Positions 14,593 through 19,808 of a stretch of 19,808 nt of DNA are shown in pieces. The notes beneath the pieces were generated by a model, which saw only the letters and a program-made list of their open reading frames with translations, had not been told where the DNA came from and did not search any database. Position 1 is the first letter of the stretch; each line of letters opens with the position of its first letter. The position numbers were made by a program, and so were the translations under genes. This stretch comes from a virus (lineage: Duplodnaviria > Heunggongvirae > Uroviricota > Caudoviricetes): the IMG/VR virus record IMGVR_UViG_2617270952_000001; one strand, 5' to 3'.

Positions 14593-15703
14593 CAGGCTGC
14601 GGCATTTTGTCCGCGCCGGGCTTCGCTCACTGTTCAGGCCGGAGCCACAGACCGCCGTTGAATGGGCGGATGCCAATTACTATCTCCCGAAAGAATCCGC
14701 ATACCAGGAAGGGCGCTGGGAAACACTGCCCTTTCAGCGGGCCATCATGAATGCGATGGGCAGCGACTACATCCGCGAGGTGAATGTGGTGAAGTCTGCC
14801 CGTGTTGGTTATTCCAAAATGCTGTTGGGTGTTTATGCCTACTTCATAGAGCATAAGCAGCGCAACACACTTATCTGGTTGCCGACGGATGGTGATGCCG
14901 AGAACTTTATGAAAACCCACGTTGAGCCGACCATCCGTGATATTCCTTCGCTGCTGGCGCTGGCCCCGTGGTATGGCAAAAAGCACCGGGATAACACGCT
15001 CACCATGAAGCGTTTCACCAATGGGCGTGGCTTCTGGTGCCTGGGCGGTAAAGCGGCAAAAAACTACCGTGAAAAGTCAGTGGATGTGGCGGGGTATGAT
15101 GAACTTGCTGCCTTTGATGAGGATATTGAACAGGAAGGCTCTCCGACGTTCCTGGGCGATAAGCGTATTGAAGGCTCTGTCTGGCCAAAATCCATCCGTG
15201 GCTCCACGCCCAAAGTGAGAGGCACCTGCCAGATTGAGCGTGCAGCCAGTGAATCCCCGCATTTTATGCGTTTTCATGTTGCCTGCCCGCACTGCGGGAA
15301 GGAGCAGTACCTTAAATTTGGCGACAAAGAGACGCCGTTTGGCCTCAAATGGATGCCGGATGATCCCTCCAGCGTGTTTTATCTCTGTGAGCATAATGCC
15401 TGCGTCATCCGTCAGCAGGAGCTGGACTTTACTGATGCCCGTTATATCTGCGAAAAGACCGGGATCTGGACCCGTGATGGCATTCTCTGGTTTTCGTCAT
15501 CCGGTGAAGAGATTGAACCGCCTGACAGTGTGACCTTTCACATCTGGACGGCGTACAGCCCGTTCACCACCTGGGTGCAGATTGTCAAAGACTGGATGAA
15601 GACGAAAGGGGATACTCCGTGTTTGAGCAGTCACTGTTGCGGTATATCGCTGCCGGGCTGGGTGTCTCGTATGAGCAGCTTTCCCGGAATTACGCCCAGA
15701 TGA
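14567..15703 (+). pseudogene. A: Terminase large subunit A, N-terminal ~349 codons only, fused out of frame to B-derived sequence
   Basis: The GTG 14567 start opens MNISNSQVNRLRHFVRAGLRS...KDWMKTKGDT, matching lambda gpA (641 aa) to about 15615. It then reads 28 unrelated codons to TGA 15701-15703. Confidence 0.9.
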
Positions 15704-16164
15704 GCTACTCCACGGCACGGGCCAGCGCGAACGAGTCGTGGGCGCACTTTATGGGGCGGCGAAAATTCGTCGCATCCCGTCAGGCGAGCCAGATGTTTCT
15801 GTGCTGGCTGGAAGAGGCCATCGTTCGCCGCGTGGTGACGTTACCTTCAAAAGCGCGCTTCAGCTTTCAGGAAGCCCGCAGCGCCTGGGGGAACTGTGAC
15901 TGGATAGGCTCCGGTCGTATGGCTATCGATGGTCTGAAAGAAGTACAGGAAGCGGTGATGCTGATAGAAGCCGGACTGAGCACCTACGAGAAAGAGTGCG
16001 CAAAACGCGGCGACGACTATCAGGAAATTTTTGCCCAGCAGGTCCGTGAAACGATGGAGCGCCGCGAAGCCGGTCTTAAACCGCCCGCCTGGGCGGCAGC
16101 GGCATTTGAATCCGGGCTGCGACAATCAACAGAGGAGGAGAAGAGTGACAGCAGAGCTGCGTAA
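15616..16164 (+). pseudogene. B: Portal protein B, C-terminal ~182 codons only
   Basis: SVFEQSLLRYIAAGLGVSYEQLSRNYAQMSYSTARASANESW...EEEKSDSRAA* matches the C-terminus of lambda gpB (533 aa). No N-terminal part or own start context is present. Confidence 0.9.
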
Positions 16165-17464
16165 TCTCCCGCATATTGCCAGCATGGCCTTTAATGAGCC
16201 GCTGATGCTTGAACCCGCCTATGCGCGGGTTTTCTTTTGTGCGCTTGCAGGCCAGCTTGGGATCAGCCGCCTGACGGATGCAGTATCCGGCGACAGCCTG
16301 ACTGCCGGAGAGGCACCCGCGGCGCTGGCGTTATCCGGTGATGATGACGGACCACGACAGGCCCGCAGTTATCAGGTCATGAACGGCATCGCCGTGCTGC
16401 CGGTGTCCGGTACGCTGGTCAGCCGGACGCGGGCGCTGCAGCCGTATTCGGGAATGACCGGTTACAACGGCATTATCGCCCGTCTGCAACAGGCTGCCAG
16501 CGATCCGATGGTGGACGGCATTCTGCTGGATATGGACACACCGGGCGGGATGGTGGCGGGAGCATTTGACTGTGCTGACATCATCGCCCGTGTGCGAGAC
16601 ATAAAACCGGTATGGGCGCTGGCCAACGACATGAACTGCAGTGCAGGTCAGCTGCTTGCCAGCGCCGCCTCCCGGCGTCTGGTCACGCAGACCGCCCGGA
16701 CAGGCTCCATCGGCGTCATGATGGCTCACAGTAATTACGGTGCTGCGCTGGAGAAACAGGGCGTGGAAATCACGCTGATTTACAGCGGCAGCCATAAGGT
16801 GGATGGCAACCCCTACAGCCATCTACCGGATGAGGTCCGGGAAACACTGCAGTCCCGGATGGATGCAACCCGCCGGATGTTTGCACAGAAGGTGTCGGCA
16901 TATACCGGCCTGTCCGTGCAGGCTGTGCTGGATACCGAGGCTGCAGTGTACAGCGGTCAGGAGGCCATTGATGCCGGACTGGCTGATGAACTTGTGAACA
17001 GTACCGATGCGATCACCGTCATGCGTGATGCACTGGATGCACGTAAATCCCGTCTCTCAGGAGGGCGAATGACCAAAGAGACTCAATCAACAACTGTTTC
17101 AGCCACTGCTTCGCAGGCTGACGTTACTGGCGTGGTGCAAGCGACGGAGGGCGAGAACGCCAGCGCTGCGCAGCCGGACGTGAACGCGCAGATCACCGCA
17201 GCGGTTGCGGCAGAAAACAGTCGCATTATGGGGATCCTCAACTGTGAGGAGGCTCACGGACGCGAAGAACAGGCATGCGTGCTGGCCGAAACCCCCGGTA
17301 TGACCGTGGAAACGGCCCGCCGTATTCTGGCCGCAGCACCACAGAGTGCACAGGCGCGCAGTGACACTGCGCTGGATCGTCTGATGCAGGGGGCACCGGC
17401 ACCGCTGGCTGCAGGTAACCCGGCATCTGATGCCGTTAACGATTTGCTGAACACACCAGTGTAA
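16145..17464 (+). CDS. C: Head maturation protease / scaffold C (ClpP/SppA-type), full length
   Basis: The GTG 16145 start opens (M)TAELRNLPHIASMAFNEPLMLEPAYARVFF...NDLLNTPV. It is 439 aa, with the 20-nt overlap with the B end seen in lambda. Confidence 0.9.
   Translation: MTAELRNLPHIASMAFNEPLMLEPAYARVFFCALAGQLGISRLTDAVSGDSLTAGEAPAALALSGDDDGPRQARSYQVMNGIAVLPVSGTLVSRTRALQPYSGMTGYNGIIARLQQAASDPMVDGILLDMDTPGGMVAGAFDCADIIARVRDIKPVWALANDMNCSAGQLLASAASRRLVTQTARTGSIGVMMAHSNYGAALEKQGVEITLIYSGSHKVDGNPYSHLPDEVRETLQSRMDATRRMFAQKVSAYTGLSVQAVLDTEAAVYSGQEAIDAGLADELVNSTDAITVMRDALDARKSRLSGGRMTKETQSTTVSATASQADVTGVVQATEGENASAAQPDVNAQITAAVAAENSRIMGILNCEEAHGREEQACVLAETPGMTVETARRILAAAPQSAQARSDTALDRLMQGAPAPLAAGNPASDAVNDLLNTPV
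16859..17464 (+). CDS. nu3: Scaffold protein Nu3, nested in frame in the 3' part of C
   Basis: The in-frame ATG 16859 (MDATRRMFAQKV...) corresponds to the lambda nu3 start position as I recall it (714 nt into C). Confidence 0.6.
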   Translation: MDATRRMFAQKVSAYTGLSVQAVLDTEAAVYSGQEAIDAGLADELVNSTDAITVMRDALDARKSRLSGGRMTKETQSTTVSATASQADVTGVVQATEGENASAAQPDVNAQITAAVAAENSRIMGILNCEEAHGREEQACVLAETPGMTVETARRILAAAPQSAQARSDTALDRLMQGAPAPLAAGNPASDAVNDLLNTPV

Positions 17465-17473
17465 GGGATGTTT

Positions 17474-17806
17474 ATGACGAGCAAAGAAACCTTTACCCAT
17501 TACCAGCCGCTGGGCAACAGTGACCCGGCTCATACCGCAACCGCGCCCGGCGGATTGAGTGCGAAAGCGCCTGCAATGACCCCGCTGATGCCGGACACCT
17601 CCACCCGTAAGCTGGTTGCGTGGGATGGCACCACCGACGGTGCTGCCGTTGGCATTCTTGCGGTTGCTGCTGACCAGACCAGCACCACACTGACGTTCTA
17701 CAAGTCCGGCACGTTCCGTTATGAGGATGTGCTCTGGCCGGAGGCTGCCAGCGACGAGACGAAAAAACGGACCGCGTTTGCCGGAACGGCAATCAGCATC
17801 GTTTAA
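17474..17806 (+). CDS. D: Head decoration protein D
   Basis: The 110-aa [39 protein letters not shown]...GTAISIV is near-identical to lambda gpD. Confidence 0.95.
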   Translation: MTSKETFTHYQPLGNSDPAHTATAPGGLSAKAPAMTPLMPDTSTRKLVAWDGTTDGAAVGILAVAADQTSTTLTFYKSGTFRYEDVLWPEAASDETKKRTAFAGTAISIV

Positions 17807-17823
17807 CCTGACCCTTCATCACT

Positions 17824-17849
17824 AAAGGCCGCCTGTGCGGCTTTTTTTA
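17824..17849 (+). terminator. Hairpin plus T-run between D and E (as in lambda)
   Basis: AGGCCGC-CTGT-GCGGCTT followed by TTTTTAC. Confidence 0.55.
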
Positions 17850-17861
17850 CGGGATTTTTTT

Positions 17862-19715
17862 ATGTCGATGTACACAACCGCCCAGCTGCTGGCGGCAAAT
17901 GAGCAGAAATTTAAGTTTGATCCGCTGTTTCTGCGTCTCTTTTTCCGTGAGAGCTATCCCTTCACTACGGAGAAAGTCTATCTCTCACAAATTCCGGGAC
18001 TGGTAAACATGGCGCTGTACGTTTCGCCGATTGTTTCCGGTGAGGTTATCCGTTCCCGTGGCGGCTCCACCTCTGAATTTACGCCGGGATATGTCAAACC
18101 CAAGCATGAGGTGAATCCGCAGATGACCCTGCGTCGCCTGCCGGATGAAGATCCGCAGAATCTGGCGGACCCGGCTTACCGCCGCCGTCGCATCATCATG
18201 CAGAACATGCGTGACGAAGAGCTGGCCATTGCTCAGGTCGAAGAGATGCAGGCAGTTTCTGCCGTGCTCAAGGGCAAATACACCATGACCGGTGAAGCCT
18301 TCGATCCGGTTGAGGTGGATACCGGAGCTTTGTGGAAGCGTACAGCCGTCGGATTAACGAATTTCGCCTGGATCAACACATCCGGCGATACATATGATAT
18401 TTACGTTGAGATTGGCAATTATGCGACGAGTGTAAATATCCATTGGGATTGTACTACAAATGCGTCAGTTTCTATTTATACCTCGCCAACATATTCAGCG
18501 AGTAAGCCTTCCAGCGTTACCGGTGGTGTTGTTTATACGATGTATAGCTCACATCAGAAACCTACACCATCAGATATTGGAGCGCTGCCAACGACTGGAG
18601 GGACTATTTCAGGTCCGTTGTCTGTTACTGATGGGATCACCGGGGCACTGAAGGGGAACGCCGATACCGCGACGAAACTTGCGGCAGCCCCAAAAATTAA
18701 CGGTGTTAAGTTTGATGGCTCGGCGGATATTAACCTCACGCCGGAAAATATTGGTGCATTTGCCCGACGTTCGACGGGGGCTTATGCGGATTCGGATGGA
18801 GCCGTTCCCTGGAATGCCGAATCAGGCGCTTACAATGTCACCCGCTCTGGCAACAGCTATATTCTGGTTAACTTCTATACCGGAGTCGGAAGTTGCCGGA
18901 CCTTGCAGATGAAGGCACATTACAGAAATGGAGGTCTGTTCTACCGTTCCTCAAGAGATGGCTATGGTTTTGAGGAAGACTGGGCAGAAGTTTATACCTC
19001 GAAAAATCTTCCACCAGAAAGCTACCCAGTCGGCGCACCAATCCCGTGGCCATCAGATACCGTTCCGTCTGGTTATGCCCTGATGCAGGGGCAGACTTTT
19101 GACAAATCTGCTTACCCGAAACTTGCAGCCGCTTATCCGTCAGGTGTGATCCCTGATATGCGTGGCTGGACGATTAAGGGCAAACCTGCCAGTGGTCGGG
19201 CCGTATTGTCTCAGGAACAGGACGGCATTAAATCGCACACCCACAGCGCCAGCGTATCCAGTACGGATTTGGGGACGAAAAACACATCGTCGTTTGATTA
19301 CGGAACCAAATCCACGAATAACACCGGGGCGCATACCCATAGTATTAGCGGGACTGCAAATAGTGCCGGTGCGCACCAACACAAGAGTTCCGGTGCATTT
19401 GGTGGCACGAACACGAGCATTTTCCCTAATGGTTATACCGCGATTTCAAATCTAAGCGCGGGGATTATGAGCACAACAAGCGGTAGTGGCCAGACTCGTA
19501 ATGCAGGGAAGACATCATCAGATGGTGCTCATACCCACTCGCTGTCCGGCACTGCTGCAAGCGCAGGCGCACACGCACATACTGTCGGTATTGGTGCTCA
19601 TACGCACTCCGTTGCGATTGGTTCACATGGACATACCATCACCGTTAACGCTGCTGGTAACGCGGAAAACACCGTCAAAAACATCGCATTTAACTATATT
19701 GTGAGGCTTGCGTAA
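17862..19715 (+). pseudogene. In-frame chimera: major capsid protein E codons 1 to ~153 fused to the distal ~464 codons of a side tail fibre (Stf) gene
   Basis: [28 protein letters not shown]...[10 protein letters not shown] matches lambda gpE up to nt 18321. [17 protein letters not shown]...[40 protein letters not shown] is StfR/lambda-Stf-like. The reading frame stays open across the junction. Confidence 0.85.
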
Positions 19716-19808
19716 TGGCATTCAGAATGAGTGAACAACCACGGACCATAAAAATTTATAATCTGCTGGCCGGAACTAATGAATTTATTGGTGAAGGTGA
19801 CGCATATA
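19715..19808 (+). CDS. tfa: Tail fibre assembly protein Tfa (3' partial at window edge)
   Basis: The start overlaps the stf stop (TAATG). [31 protein letters not shown] matches the lambda Tfa N-terminus. Confidence 0.9.

Noticed and set aside
14166-17792. Many long antisense or alternative-frame ORFs in the lambda head region, for example 14166..14528-, 14627..14986-, 15077..15394-, 15847..16125-, 16331..16822-, 17099..17533- and 17493..17792-.
   Set aside because: They overlap near-identical lambda nu1, A, B, C and D frames. They have Arg/Pro/Cys-rich low-complexity translations typical of the antisense strand of GC-rich coding DNA.
19230-19645. Short, regularly recurring DNA repeats that I considered as a possible CRISPR-like array.
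   Set aside because: The repeats are imperfect and in frame. They encode the GAHTHS motifs of the tail fibre, and there is no spacer/repeat architecture and no cas genes.

Overview
This window is an enterobacterial (E. coli/Shigella-type) cryptic lambdoid prophage. It is colinear with the K-12 Qin prophage, read in the opposite orientation, and less deleted at its head/tail end. Gene names come from my recognition of K-12 and lambda proteins, not from database searches. Left to right:
- The right end of an IS3-family element, cutting a phage gene.
- A decayed block: a DNA methyltransferase and three coupled small ORFs, each with an in-frame stop.
- A small membrane-protein gene.
- A hok/sok-type type I toxin-antitoxin locus, split by a ~1.43 kb IS that encodes a 437-aa rve/DDE transposase.
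- flxA (sigma-28 promoter), ydfV, relB-relE-hokD, rem and a broken ydfU-like gene.
- Antiterminator quuQ with a late promoter and short-transcript terminator.
- Cold-shock morons cspF and cspB, then ynfU.
- A phage-21-type lysis cassette: pinholin essQ, ydfR, SAR endolysin rrrQ, spanins rzpQ/rzoQ.
- cspI, a zinc-ribbon ORF, a gns-family gene, ydfO and ynfO.
- A lambda-like cos site and head genes: nu1, a truncated A joined to a 3' remnant of B, C/nu3 and D.
- An in-frame fusion of about 153 codons of capsid gene E to the distal part of a side-tail-fibre gene, followed by tfa.

I saw no tRNA, rRNA or CRISPR array, and no convincing novel multi-gene system. The most interesting signals are the IS-split hok/sok locus, the cluster of in-frame stops, the two deletion junctions in the lambda module, and a few orphan regulatory or small-ORF signals.
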